This document shows positions 30,545 to 39,661 of a DNA stretch of 64,000 bases, one piece after another. Source of the stretch: Candidatus Tenderia sp. GTDB taxonomy: Bacteria; Pseudomonadota; Gammaproteobacteria; Tenderiales; Tenderiaceae. The stretch's first letter is position 1; every line of letters starts with the position of its first letter. The stretch lies in assembly GCA_031416075.1 (NCBI GenBank), contig JANOSY010000090.1:1-64000 (forward strand). Direction: 5' to 3'. The notes under the pieces were generated by a model. That model was not told the origin of the DNA, searched no databases, and saw only the letters and a list, made by a program, of their open reading frames with translations. The position numbers were made by a program, and so were the translations under genes.

Positions 30545-31588
30545 ATGCCAGTCCGCGTTTTGATTGTTGATGATTCCGCATTTTTCAGACGACGTTTGAT
30601 AAAAATCCTTAACAGCGATAGACATATTGAAGTGGTTGGGATTGCTGCAAACGGTCGTGAAGCGATTGCTCAGGTAGCGGCTCTTTCCCCTGATCTAATC
30701 ACTATGGATATTGAGATGCCTGTGATGGATGGAATTGCTGCAGTGAAGCATATAATGCAGCGTCATCCTACACCGATTTTGATGTTCTCTGCCTTCACCA
30801 CAGCAGGTGCCAAATCGACCCTCGATGCTTTGGAGGCAGGGGCAATTGATTTTCTTTCAAAGCGCATGGAAGATATTGCTATTGATCGAGAAAGTGCAGG
30901 TCGCCAACTGTGCGCACGTGTCAGGTTAATTGCTGCCCGTAGTTTACGAACATTACCGACAAAGACTCCTGTTGGCGCTGTTGTGCCACCGCTACAGCGG
31001 AATGAAGTTAAACGTAAGGAGAGCTATAAGGCAGTGGTGATCGGCGCATCTACAGGTGGGCCAGTGGCTTTGCAGGAGGTTCTAATTAAACTGCCGAGTG
31101 ATTTTCCATTGCCGATTTTACTGGTTCAGCATATGCCAAGTACATTTACACCGACCTTTGCAAAAAGACTGGATATGCTTTGTGCGATTACGGTGAAAGA
31201 GGCGATGGATGGTGATTTGTTAAAACCAGGCACTGCCTATCTGGCACCAGGGGGAATGCAGATGTTATTGCAGGGCAAAGGGAGTGTGATGTCTATTCGC
31301 ATAGTCGAGAGTGTTATTTCGCAAACTTATAAACCAAGTGTTGATGTGACTTTTGGCTCTGCAGCCAAGTTATTGGGCGCTAATGTATTGGCCTTGGTTT
31401 TAACCGGTATGGGTGCGGATGGGCGCGAGGGTGCAAAACTGTTGAAGCGTGGTGGTGCGACGGTTTGGGCTCAAGATGAGGCATCGAGTGTTATTTATGG
31501 TATGCCCGGTGCTATAGCAGACGCTGGTCTGGCCGATAGAGTTGTTGCGTTAAAGGAAATCGGTTCGAATTTGCTGGATGCTGTTTAA
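30545..31588 (+). CDS. cheB: Chemotaxis methylesterase CheB
   Basis: Receiver domain plus GASTGGP, QHMP, LTGMGADG. Confidence 0.97.
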   Translation: MPVRVLIVDDSAFFRRRLIKILNSDRHIEVVGIAANGREAIAQVAALSPDLITMDIEMPVMDGIAAVKHIMQRHPTPILMFSAFTTAGAKSTLDALEAGAIDFLSKRMEDIAIDRESAGRQLCARVRLIAARSLRTLPTKTPVGAVVPPLQRNEVKRKESYKAVVIGASTGGPVALQEVLIKLPSDFPLPILLVQHMPSTFTPTFAKRLDMLCAITVKEAMDGDLLKPGTAYLAPGGMQMLLQGKGSVMSIRIVESVISQTYKPSVDVTFGSAAKLLGANVLALVLTGMGADGREGAKLLKRGGATVWAQDEASSVIYGMPGAIADAGLADRVVALKEIGSNLLDAV

Positions 31589-31591
31589 TAC

Positions 31592-32332
31592 ATGGATATT
31601 TTAACCCTCTTAGGATTGCTGATCGGTTTTGGCGCTATTATTGGCGGCAATATTCTTGAAGGCGGCCACACCAGTTCACTGCTGCAGTTGACTGCCTTTC
31701 TTATCGTGATAGGCGGTACGGTGGGTGCCGTTTTGATACAGACCCCTGTGCCTATCTTTATGCGGAGTTTAACGATGTCACTTTGGGTGTTAATGCCACC
31801 TAAGCTTGATCATAAAACGTCGGTTGACAAGATTATTAACTGGAGCAATATTGCGCGCAAGGAGGGTTTGCTGGGGCTGGAGGTTCTGGTGGAGGCGGAA
31901 AAAGATAGTTTTGCCAAAAAGGGATTACAGTTGCTTGTTGATGGCAGTGAACCGGATGTGATACGTAATATTCTGGAGGTAGAGCTGGGTGTAAAAGAGC
32001 ACTTTGATACTCAGGCAGCCAAGGTATTTGATGGGTTGGGTGGGTACTCGCCCACAATTGGCATTATTGGCGCGGTCATGGGGCTTATCCATGTGATGAA
32101 TAATTTGGCTGATCCTAGTAAGTTGGGGGCTGGCATTGCGGTGGCTTTTGTGGCGACGATTTACGGCGTCGGTCTGGCCAATTTAATCTTCCTTCCGATG
32201 GGCAATAAATTAAAAGCGATTGTTCATAATCAGACCCAATTTCGCGAGATGGTGATAGAGGGCATTATCTCTATTGCTGAGGGTGAAAATCCTCGCAACA
32301 TTGAAACGAAACTTGAGGGGTATCTCCCCTAG
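31592..32332 (+). CDS. motC: Flagellar stator A subunit (MotC/MotA family)
   Basis: ARKEGLLGLE, PTIGIIGAVMGL, AFVATIYG, GENPR. Confidence 0.9.
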   Translation: MDILTLLGLLIGFGAIIGGNILEGGHTSSLLQLTAFLIVIGGTVGAVLIQTPVPIFMRSLTMSLWVLMPPKLDHKTSVDKIINWSNIARKEGLLGLEVLVEAEKDSFAKKGLQLLVDGSEPDVIRNILEVELGVKEHFDTQAAKVFDGLGGYSPTIGIIGAVMGLIHVMNNLADPSKLGAGIAVAFVATIYGVGLANLIFLPMGNKLKAIVHNQTQFREMVIEGIISIAEGENPRNIETKLEGYLP

Positions 32333-32380
32333 TTGGTGTCATAAAAACAGTGTTTTCTGTAGTCTTGAATTTTCCGCTAT

Positions 32381-32396
32381 GGGCATGAATATTGCC
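32381..32396 (+). promoter_or_regulatory. Possible internal sigma54 promoter upstream of motD
   Basis: GGGCATGAATATTGCC has GG-N10-GC spacing within a 122-bp intergenic gap. Confidence 0.45.
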
Positions 32397-32454
32397 TTCT
32401 CACTACGGAAGGTATTAATTTGACACTCCTACAGGAGAGGGCGATTTAAGATTT

Positions 32455-33513
32455 ATGGCACGTAAGAAGAGACATGAGGAGCACGAAAATCACGAACGCT
32501 GGTTGGTCTCTTATGCCGACTTCATTACGCTTCTGTTCGCTTTTTTTGTTGTTATGTATGCGCTGTCATCGGTTAACGAGGGAAAGTATAGGGTTCTTTC
32601 AGACTCACTAGTCTCTGCGTTTAACAATCCACAAAAAGATCTTGATCCGATTAAGATGCCTGATCCGGTGCAAGCCCCAGCGGAGATTGTTATCGGCTTT
32701 CCTTCACCAATGAGTCTCAATAATCAAGATCGCCCGCCTATCATCCAAAAGAGGAGTGAGCCAGCTGAGCCACAGCCACCTGCTGCTGACTCTCCGGACC
32801 AAAAGAACCTGGATAATATTGCGGATCAGCTCTCTTTGGCGCTCAACAAAATGATTGAAAAAGATCTGATTAAGGTCAATAAAAACGGTGATGGCATTGA
32901 TGTTGAGATCAATAGTTCCATCCTTTTTAATAGTGGTAGTGCCCTTTTGCAGCCGCAGGCGGTGCCTGTTTTAACTGAGATTGCCAGGGTTGTGAAGGAT
33001 TTTCCCAATGCGCTTCGGGTTGAAGGGTATACAGATGATATTCCTATTGAGACGCCTATGTATGCCTCCAACTGGGAGTTGTCCGCTGGGCGCGCTGCCA
33101 GTGTAGTGCATCTTTTTAGTGATGAGAGGGTCGATCCTTTTCGTATGTCGGCGACAGGGTACGGTGAGTATCGCCCGATTGCGGCCAATACAACAGCGGC
33201 CGGGAGAAATGCAAATCGTCGTGTGGTGGTGATGATTCTTGCTCAGACAGCTGAACGGCCGATTGATCGGGGGACGCTACCAACATTAAAGGCAGCAGCA
33301 AAACCGGTAAGCAATGTCAATCTTGATGCCAAGACCCCTCTGTTGAGAGGCCGCAGTGCAGTTGGGGTGGATGGTGTGGTTGAAGAGAGACCGGTTCAGC
33401 AACAGAATGGTACAGCTGCTGGTGGTTCCATAGAGGCGATGGGAAATCTGCTGGAAGACATCTCACAACCACGTAGTGGTTCACCAAACTCACCGCCCAG
33501 GGGTGGACAATGA
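32455..33513 (+). CDS. motD: Flagellar stator B subunit (MotD/MotB family)
   Basis: HERWLVSYADFITLLFAFF; OmpA-like SNWELSAGRA...NRRV. Confidence 0.9.
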   Translation: MARKKRHEEHENHERWLVSYADFITLLFAFFVVMYALSSVNEGKYRVLSDSLVSAFNNPQKDLDPIKMPDPVQAPAEIVIGFPSPMSLNNQDRPPIIQKRSEPAEPQPPAADSPDQKNLDNIADQLSLALNKMIEKDLIKVNKNGDGIDVEINSSILFNSGSALLQPQAVPVLTEIARVVKDFPNALRVEGYTDDIPIETPMYASNWELSAGRAASVVHLFSDERVDPFRMSATGYGEYRPIAANTTAAGRNANRRVVVMILAQTAERPIDRGTLPTLKAAAKPVSNVNLDAKTPLLRGRSAVGVDGVVEERPVQQQNGTAAGGSIEAMGNLLEDISQPRSGSPNSPPRGGQ

Positions 33514-34295
33514 AAGTATGGGCTGTGGCAAATCAGAAGGGTGGTGTGGGTAAAACTACCACTGCGGTGACGTTGGGCGGGCTGCTTGCAGCGCGTGGTT
33601 ATAAAACGTTGCTGGTGGATATTGATCCACACGGTTCATTAACCTCCTATTTTGGGTATTCGGCAGATGCGGTGGAGCGTGGTGTTTATACGCTGTTCCA
33701 ACATCGTGAGAGTGATCCATCTATATTAATCAGTCCGACCCGTTTTGATAATCTGCAGATATTGCCAGCATCAATGGCATTGGCAACACTTGACCGGCAA
33801 CTGGGTACCCAAAGTGGTATGGGATTGGTATTACATAAAGCGTTAAAACAGCTGAGTGGTCGTTATGATTATGCATTAATTGATTGCCCGCCAGTGTTGG
33901 GCGTATTAATGGTGAATGCATTGGCTGCCTGTGACCATCTGCTTATTCCGGTACAAACGGAGTTTCTGGCACTTAAAGGGCTGGAACGGATGCTCAGAAC
34001 GCTCAGCATGATTACACGTTCACGTAATATTAAATTACCGTTCACCATCGTGCCCACTATGTTTGATCGGCGCACGCGGGCCTCTACCGAAGCGTTGCAG
34101 CAGTTGCAAAGTGAACATCAGAGTGATGTATGGTCTTCGGTGGTTCCGATTGACACCAAGTTTCGTGAGGCAAGCCGTGAAGGGGTGCCGCTCTCCATAA
34201 TGCTTCCTCAGGCGCGTGGTGCAGTTGCTTATAATCAGTTACTGGATGTTTTATTAAGTGGTGTGGACGGTGAGCGCCGGTCAGTGGCGCTATGA
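33510..34295 (+). CDS. ParA-family ATPase of the chemotaxis cluster (ParC-like)
   Basis: NQKGGVGKTTT, DIDPHGSL, DCPP, PVQTEFLA. Confidence 0.9.
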   Translation: MKVWAVANQKGGVGKTTTAVTLGGLLAARGYKTLLVDIDPHGSLTSYFGYSADAVERGVYTLFQHRESDPSILISPTRFDNLQILPASMALATLDRQLGTQSGMGLVLHKALKQLSGRYDYALIDCPPVLGVLMVNALAACDHLLIPVQTEFLALKGLERMLRTLSMITRSRNIKLPFTIVPTMFDRRTRASTEALQQLQSEHQSDVWSSVVPIDTKFREASREGVPLSIMLPQARGAVAYNQLLDVLLSGVDGERRSVAL

Positions 34296-34963
34296 GTATT
34301 GTTGACAAAAAGGTAGTGTGTCAGCTGATTGAGCAGGAGCTGGCCCTCAAGACTTATCTCGATGCCCTGTTGTTTGAGGATAGCTTGCAGATAGAGAGTG
34401 AGGTTTTATCTGACTCGACCTTGCAGACCACCACAGCGCCTGTTGAATTCGATGTAACACCACCCTCCGTAGTGTTGCCGGAGTGGAGTAACGGTGAGTT
34501 TGAGAGTCTACACTTCAAAGTGGCGGGTGGATTAATGCTGTCAGTGCCGTTGGCCTGTTTGAACGGAATTGTGCCGTGGCCCGGAAGATTAACGGCTGTG
34601 CCGGGGTATGCAGACTGGTTTTTGGGGCTGTTGGCAAGTCGTGGTTATCAGATAAAAATAGTGGATATAGCCAAATTTGTTATTCCTGAGAACCATCAAG
34701 CGCGTAGTCACTTGGTGGGGGGGGAGCGCCAGTTGAAACACATCATATTAGTTGATGATGGGAGGTTTGGTTTTGCGTGTGATGAGTTGGGTGGAATTCT
34801 TAAGTTGACTCAAAAACAGGTGCGCTGGCGTCATGGTAAATCTAGCAGGCCATGGTTGGCGGGGACCATTATAGAGCAGATGTGCGCACTGCTTGATGTG
34901 GACCGTTTTGTTGCAATGCTAAAGGAAGGGGTGCCTCAGGACGACATATCTGATGGAGATTGA
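34292..34963 (+). CDS. CheW-like domain protein (ParP-like)
   Basis: ALKTYLDALL N-terminus, CheW-like core, RPWLAGT...CALLDV; between parA-like gene and cheW. Confidence 0.8.
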   Translation: MSIVDKKVVCQLIEQELALKTYLDALLFEDSLQIESEVLSDSTLQTTTAPVEFDVTPPSVVLPEWSNGEFESLHFKVAGGLMLSVPLACLNGIVPWPGRLTAVPGYADWFLGLLASRGYQIKIVDIAKFVIPENHQARSHLVGGERQLKHIILVDDGRFGFACDELGGILKLTQKQVRWRHGKSSRPWLAGTIIEQMCALLDVDRFVAMLKEGVPQDDISDGD

Positions 34964-35052
34964 TCCAGTAGGATGTCCTGCGTTTTGTATGATGGAAAAA
35001 TTCCAAAAATAATCTCCAAACTGGGGCAAAAGATGAGCCGTGAGGGCTGGAA

Positions 35053-35529
35053 ATGAATCAGAGTGCAGCAGCTGAGAGTGATCAGATAACTCAATGGGTC
35101 ACTTTTCGTTTAGGCGAAGAGACCTATGGGGTGAATGTCATGCAAGTACAAGAGGTGCTGCGGATGACTGATATTGCCCCTGTTCCAGGTGCGCCAGATT
35201 ACGTACTTGGTATTATTAACCTGCGTGGTAATGTGGTGACGGTCATGGATACACGCAAGCGTTTTGGCTTAATGCCAGCGGAGGCGGATGACTCTACCCG
35301 TATTGTGATTATCGAAGCCGAAGATCAGGTGGTGGGGATTCTGGTGGATAGTGTTGCAGAGGTTGTCTATTTAAGTAACTCTGATATTGAGATGGCCCCA
35401 AATGTGGGCAATGAAGAGAGTTCACGTTATATTCAGGGGGTAGCAAACCGGAAGGAAGGGCTGTTGATTCTTGTCGATCTTAACCGTTTGCTTACTGATG
35501 ATGAATGGAAGGAGTTTTCCAATCTTTAA
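35053..35529 (+). CDS. cheW: Chemotaxis coupling protein CheW
   Basis: QWVTFRL..ETYGVNVMQVQEVL, GIINLRGNVVTV. Confidence 0.97.
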   Translation: MNQSAAAESDQITQWVTFRLGEETYGVNVMQVQEVLRMTDIAPVPGAPDYVLGIINLRGNVVTVMDTRKRFGLMPAEADDSTRIVIIEAEDQVVGILVDSVAEVVYLSNSDIEMAPNVGNEESSRYIQGVANRKEGLLILVDLNRLLTDDEWKEFSNL

Positions 35530-35582
35530 TATTTGAGATGCGGCGGTGCAGGCTGTTCGGCGCAGGGACGGAGGTTCCTATT

Positions 35583-35756
35583 ATGGCAGCGATTGATACC
35601 AATCCATTAACACCTGTCTGGCCGCAGAGGCCAATACGCAAGATAGACCCCGAAGATAAAGGGGCAGAGCGGCGTCCACGGCAGAAAAAAGATGATGATG
35701 TAGATGATAATAATAGAGGTGACGACGGGTTACCTCGGATCGATGAGTATGCATAA
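35583..35756 (+). CDS. Small hypothetical protein (57 aa) ending IDEYA
   Basis: GGAGG RBS before ATG 35583; fills the cheW-DUF2802 gap. Confidence 0.6.
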   Translation: MAAIDTNPLTPVWPQRPIRKIDPEDKGAERRPRQKKDDDVDDNNRGDDGLPRIDEYA

Positions 35757-35777
35757 GGATGAACCTGTAAGGAATAC

Positions 35778-36164
35778 ATGATAGATCTGGCGTTGCTTAC
35801 ATTGATTTTTGTGGTGTTGCTGACGATGGTGGTGCTGATGCTTTACAGAAAGCACCGGCAATTGCGTGATGCCATTGTGGAAAATGGTCGGCAGTTACAG
35901 CATCATCAGCAAGAGCTGGCGGCCCTTTATGCGGGGGCTGCGGGTGTTGGTTCCCATCTGGTCCGTCTTGAAAATCAGATTCATGGCCTGACAGACCGGC
36001 AGGAGAAACAGGAGACTCATGATCCTGTGGCTCAAAATTACCATCTTGCGATTGACCTAGTGCATCAGGGGGCTAGTGCCCGCCAGTTGGTAGAGCAGTG
36101 TGGCCTGTTGCATGAGGAGGCAGAACTGCTGGTGCGGCTGCATGGACCACGACTGCCGGAGTGA
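35778..36164 (+). CDS. DUF2802-family membrane-anchored protein
   Basis: N-terminal TM, coiled coil, Y.LA..LV..GA....LV..CGL...EAELL..LH. Confidence 0.85.
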   Translation: MIDLALLTLIFVVLLTMVVLMLYRKHRQLRDAIVENGRQLQHHQQELAALYAGAAGVGSHLVRLENQIHGLTDRQEKQETHDPVAQNYHLAIDLVHQGASARQLVEQCGLLHEEAELLVRLHGPRLPE

Positions 36165-36341
36165 TTAGCGCCGAGCGTTTTTACGATTGACCGCCCTGGA
36201 CGGCATTAAATTTACCCCCCCCGTTATAATCCTCCCGCCATTATGGTAGATATAAATTGCAATGGTTTTTATGCTCGTACTGTTTTTAGCCTTCTGCTGG
36301 ATATCAGTCCTGCCATTATAAAAATGGGGTATTACACTACT

Positions 36342-37991
36342 ATGTTTCAGATTTCACGGAAACTGAATTGCGTTTCGGTCGTTCTATTGGCCAATGTTTT
36401 AACCGCATGTGGCGGTGGTGTGGGGGAGCCGGCAGCACCTGTTGACAGTAATGTGAATGTTGGGACGGGGGGAGGTGCCACCTTGATTGTGCCCGCCAGT
36501 GCAAAGTTGCCGTGGCAGTTTGATACATCGTTAGTGATGATATTGCGTAATGCCAAAGGGGAAATACTGACCAACATCAGCTGTCAGGCGGTTAAACCAG
36601 CGGCACTGATGGTGGACAGTGACTGTTCGGGGGCGGTTGGTTTGCAGCTTGGCTCACAGGAGATCACCGTGACCTCGGGTACTATCAGCGCCACTGTGAC
36701 GTTACAGGTAACACCACAACGTCATTGGGCGGGGACCCGTGGTGTGACCTCCAGCTCAGGGTCTGGCGATTACAACCTGATGGTGACTCCGTCAGGCAAT
36801 GGGCTGACTTGGGGGGCTAATCCTTCCGGAGTATTGGGGCAGAATAAATCGGGGACTCAGTTGACCTTTTCAACGCTGCCGATTGCGGTCATGAACGCCA
36901 GCGGCGCACCATCATTGGACACTATATATATGGCCTCGGCAGGTGATAGCGCTGTGCTGGCGCTTTCTGAAGAGGGCAAGGTCTGGGGCTGGGGGGATAA
37001 TAGCGCTTGGGAGCTAACAGCTCAAAATCCCCAATTTTCGTTATTGCCAGTGCGGGTGCGTAACTCAGCCAATTCAGCAGATCTTGAGCGGGTGGTTCAA
37101 ACGGCCATTGGCGATAATAATGCCTTGGCCTTGCTGGATGATGGCTCGGTGTTGAGTTGGGGATATTACAGTGGCCAGACCATAGGGGCGTCAGCGCGTT
37201 ATCCAGGGTCTGTGATGCGTGCTGATGGGGCACTGTTGACAGGTATTGTCGGTATCAGTGCCGGTTGGAACTACTCATTGGCACTGGCGGCGGATGGACG
37301 TGTATGGGCCTGGGGGTACAACTCCGAAGGCCGCACGGGTACAGGGGCTGTCACACCGCCTATTGCGTTAGCCACTACGGTTAAACTTGTGGATGGTCGT
37401 GATCTTACCAATATTGTTGCTATTTCAGCGGGTTATAACTTTGGCATGGCGTTGACTCGAAATGGTGAGGTATATGCTTGGGGAGATAATCTGAGTGGTC
37501 AGTTGGGGCAGGGGTCTAAATTGTCTCAAATGATACCTTATGCTGTTCAGGTGAAGAGTGAGGGGGGCGCACCACTGTCTGACATCACCATGGTGGCGGC
37601 GGGTGGCAGACATGCGTTGGCGATGACCTCATCTGGAAAGGTATTGAGTTGGGGTTTGAATAATGACGGTCAGCTGGGGCGTGGTCCAAATATTGCTCAA
37701 GGTACGGGTAGCCGGGATCTACCGACTCAGGTAGTTGGTGAAGCTGCACTTGGTCAGCTTGAGGGTGTGGTATCGATTGCGGCAGGTTATAACCATAGCC
37801 TTGCCCTTAAATCCAACGGTGGGGTGCTGGTATGGGGGACCGGTTTCAGAGGCAATACAGGCCAGGGCGGGACGGTAGAAAACCCTTTCTATCAGCCAAC
37901 ACCAATACTGGTTAAAAATATGGAGGGGACGGGGCCGCTGGTGCTGACGCCATTGACCGCCTATCCAAATCTGTTGCAACGGTTCCGTTAG
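36342..37991 (+). CDS. RCC1/BLIP-II repeat beta-propeller lipoprotein
   Basis: Lipobox VLTAC-GGG; repeated ISAGxNxSLAL..DG.VWAWG.N..GQLG units. Start codon uncertain. Confidence 0.85.
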   Translation: MFQISRKLNCVSVVLLANVLTACGGGVGEPAAPVDSNVNVGTGGGATLIVPASAKLPWQFDTSLVMILRNAKGEILTNISCQAVKPAALMVDSDCSGAVGLQLGSQEITVTSGTISATVTLQVTPQRHWAGTRGVTSSSGSGDYNLMVTPSGNGLTWGANPSGVLGQNKSGTQLTFSTLPIAVMNASGAPSLDTIYMASAGDSAVLALSEEGKVWGWGDNSAWELTAQNPQFSLLPVRVRNSANSADLERVVQTAIGDNNALALLDDGSVLSWGYYSGQTIGASARYPGSVMRADGALLTGIVGISAGWNYSLALAADGRVWAWGYNSEGRTGTGAVTPPIALATTVKLVDGRDLTNIVAISAGYNFGMALTRNGEVYAWGDNLSGQLGQGSKLSQMIPYAVQVKSEGGAPLSDITMVAAGGRHALAMTSSGKVLSWGLNNDGQLGRGPNIAQGTGSRDLPTQVVGEAALGQLEGVVSIAAGYNHSLALKSNGGVLVWGTGFRGNTGQGGTVENPFYQPTPILVKNMEGTGPLVLTPLTAYPNLLQRFR

Positions 37992-38005
37992 CAGGTAGAA
38001 CCGTA

Positions 38006-38416
38006 CTACTCTGGCCGTTGCAGTGATGCAATTAGCGGGCAGTTAACCTCACCATGGGTGGCACAGCACTGTGCCACCAGCCGGGCGAGTACTGCTTCGA
38101 TACGTTGCAGATTGGCCAGCTTGTTGCGTACATCTTCGAGTTTGCGCTCTGCCAGCTCGCGCGCCTCACCGCAGTGGGCGCCATCCTCCAGTCTTAGTAA
38201 TTCAGCTATCTCGTCCAGGCTAAACCCAAGCTGTTGGGCTGATTTAATAAATCTCAGCCGTGCGATATCGGCATGACTATAACGACGGATGCCGCCGTAG
38301 GGTTTCTTTGGCTCCAGTAACAGCCCCTTGCGTTGATAAAAACGGATCGTCTCGACGTTGACCCCGGCCCGTTTGGCAAAGATGCCGATGGTTAACTGCT
38401 CTGAAGGGTTGCTCAT
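38006..38416 (-). CDS. merR: Hg(II)-responsive regulator MerR
   Basis: [28 protein letters not shown] and CC...CPLIASL cysteines. Confidence 0.95.
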   Translation of the reverse strand: MSNPSEQLTIGIFAKRAGVNVETIRFYQRKGLLLEPKKPYGGIRRYSHADIARLRFIKSAQQLGFSLDEIAELLRLEDGAHCGEARELAERKLEDVRNKLANLQRIEAVLARLVAQCCATHGEVNCPLIASLQRPE

Positions 38417-38421
38417 CTTGC

Positions 38422-38452
38422 TTGACTCCGTACTTGACTACAGAGGTAACGT
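38422..38452 (+). promoter_or_regulatory. MerR operator / merT promoter
   Basis: -35 TTGACT, 19-bp spacer with dyad TCCGTAC-TTGA-CTACAGA, -10 TAACGT; closely resembles the Tn21/Tn501 merOP. Confidence 0.9.
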
Positions 38453-38487
38453 TATACCATCACACAGCGATGTAAACGGGGTTAGAT

Positions 38488-38838
38488 ATGGCGGAATCGG
38501 GCAAAGGTCGTGGTGCATTGGCAATGGAGGGCATGGCGGCGATACTCGCCTCCACCTGCTGCCTTGGCCCGTTGATACTGGTGACACTGGGCATCAGTGG
38601 CGCGTGGATCGCTAACTTGCGGGTATTGGAGCCGTATCGGCCGCTCTTTATCGCTGTGGCCCTGGTGGCTATGTTTTTGGCGTGGTGTCGTATCTTCCGG
38701 CCGGTGGTGGTGTGTAAGCCCGATGATCTCTGTGCGGTTCTGCAGGTACGACGCAGTTATAAAACTATCTTTTGGGGTGTGGCCGGACTGGTGCTGATGG
38801 CCATCGGCTTCCCTTATCTATTACCGCTGTTCTACTAA
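38488..38838 (+). CDS. merT: Mercuric ion transport protein MerT
   Basis: AAILASTCCLGPL, LEPYRPLFI, CKPDDLC, PYLLPLFY. Confidence 0.93.
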   Translation: MAESGKGRGALAMEGMAAILASTCCLGPLILVTLGISGAWIANLRVLEPYRPLFIAVALVAMFLAWCRIFRPVVVCKPDDLCAVLQVRRSYKTIFWGVAGLVLMAIGFPYLLPLFY

Positions 38839-38851
38839 CCGAGAGTTCGTT

Positions 38852-39136
38852 ATGAAAAAACTGTTTGTCATGATTGCGCTTGTTACAATGATCTCTCCTG
38901 TCTGGGCTGCTACTCAGACCGCCACACTGGCGGTGGAGGGCATGACCTGTGGAGCCTGTCCGTTAACGGTCAAGAGTGCACTCTCCAATGTGCCGGGTGT
39001 TACCCATGTGGAGGTGAGTCTGGATAGACGTGAGGCGCAGGTCAGTTATGACGACAATCGAGTCGATGTGAAGAGGCTGACGCAGGTGACGGAGGGGGCC
39101 GGTTACCCCTCTAAGGTAAAGGGGGGCAGTCGATGA
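38852..39136 (+). CDS. merP: Periplasmic mercuric ion-binding protein MerP
   Basis: Signal peptide PVWAATQT, GMTCGACPLTVK, AGYPS. Confidence 0.93.
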   Translation: MKKLFVMIALVTMISPVWAATQTATLAVEGMTCGACPLTVKSALSNVPGVTHVEVSLDRREAQVSYDDNRVDVKRLTQVTEGAGYPSKVKGGSR

Positions 39137-39354
39137 GCGGCGTGACCCTGGAATCGACCCTGACCTGCTCGCATTGTGGACACACCAAAATGGAGACCAT
39201 GCCGACCGATGCCTGTCAGTGGTTCTATGAGTGTGAAGGGTGCCAAACGGTGTTGAAACCAGAGGCGGGGGACTGCTGTGTCTTCTGCTCTTATGGCACC
39301 GTTCCCTGCCCGCCGATTCAGGAGCAGGGTAAAGGGGGAGGGTGTTGTGGTTGA
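39133..39354 (+). CDS. GDCCVxC-domain Cys-rich small protein
   Basis: TCSHCGH...MPTDACQWFYECEGC...GDCCVFCSYGTVPCPP; 11 Cys in 73 aa. Confidence 0.85.
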   Translation: MSGVTLESTLTCSHCGHTKMETMPTDACQWFYECEGCQTVLKPEAGDCCVFCSYGTVPCPPIQEQGKGGGCCG

Positions 39355-39373
39355 TGTTTGCGGGTTTAACCCT

Positions 39374-39661
39374 TTATAACGCTTCCGTTGGTGGCCGTTT
39401 ACCTGATAACGAGTAAGCAAAAGAGATGACCAGGGCAACGGATAGATAAAGCTCGCGGGGTATCTCGTCACCTTGCTCAATTTCTGACAGTGCCAGCACC
39501 AGTGGCAGATTCTCCTGGATGGGGATGTTGTGCTCTTTGGCAAGGGCGATGATCTCTTCGGCCAGACTGCCTTCACCCTTTGCCATCACCTTGGGGGCCT
39601 GTTTGCCACTTTCCCACTGGAGCGCTACGGCCTTGGCGGGCGGGGAGTTGTGTTGGCTCAT
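39374..39661 (-). CDS. Stand-alone FlhB C-terminal-like protein (EscU/YscU family)
   Basis: KAVAL...APKVMAKGEG.LAEEII.LAKEH.IP...EIPRELY..VA; no NPTH motif or TM domain. Confidence 0.9.
   Translation of the reverse strand: MSQHNSPPAKAVALQWESGKQAPKVMAKGEGSLAEEIIALAKEHNIPIQENLPLVLALSEIEQGDEIPRELYLSVALVISFAYSLSGKRPPTEAL

Noticed and set aside
39133-39354. Selenoprotein (family is often annotated as (seleno)protein)
   Set aside because: All motif positions are Cys codons; the only in-frame TGA is the terminal stop after GCCG.
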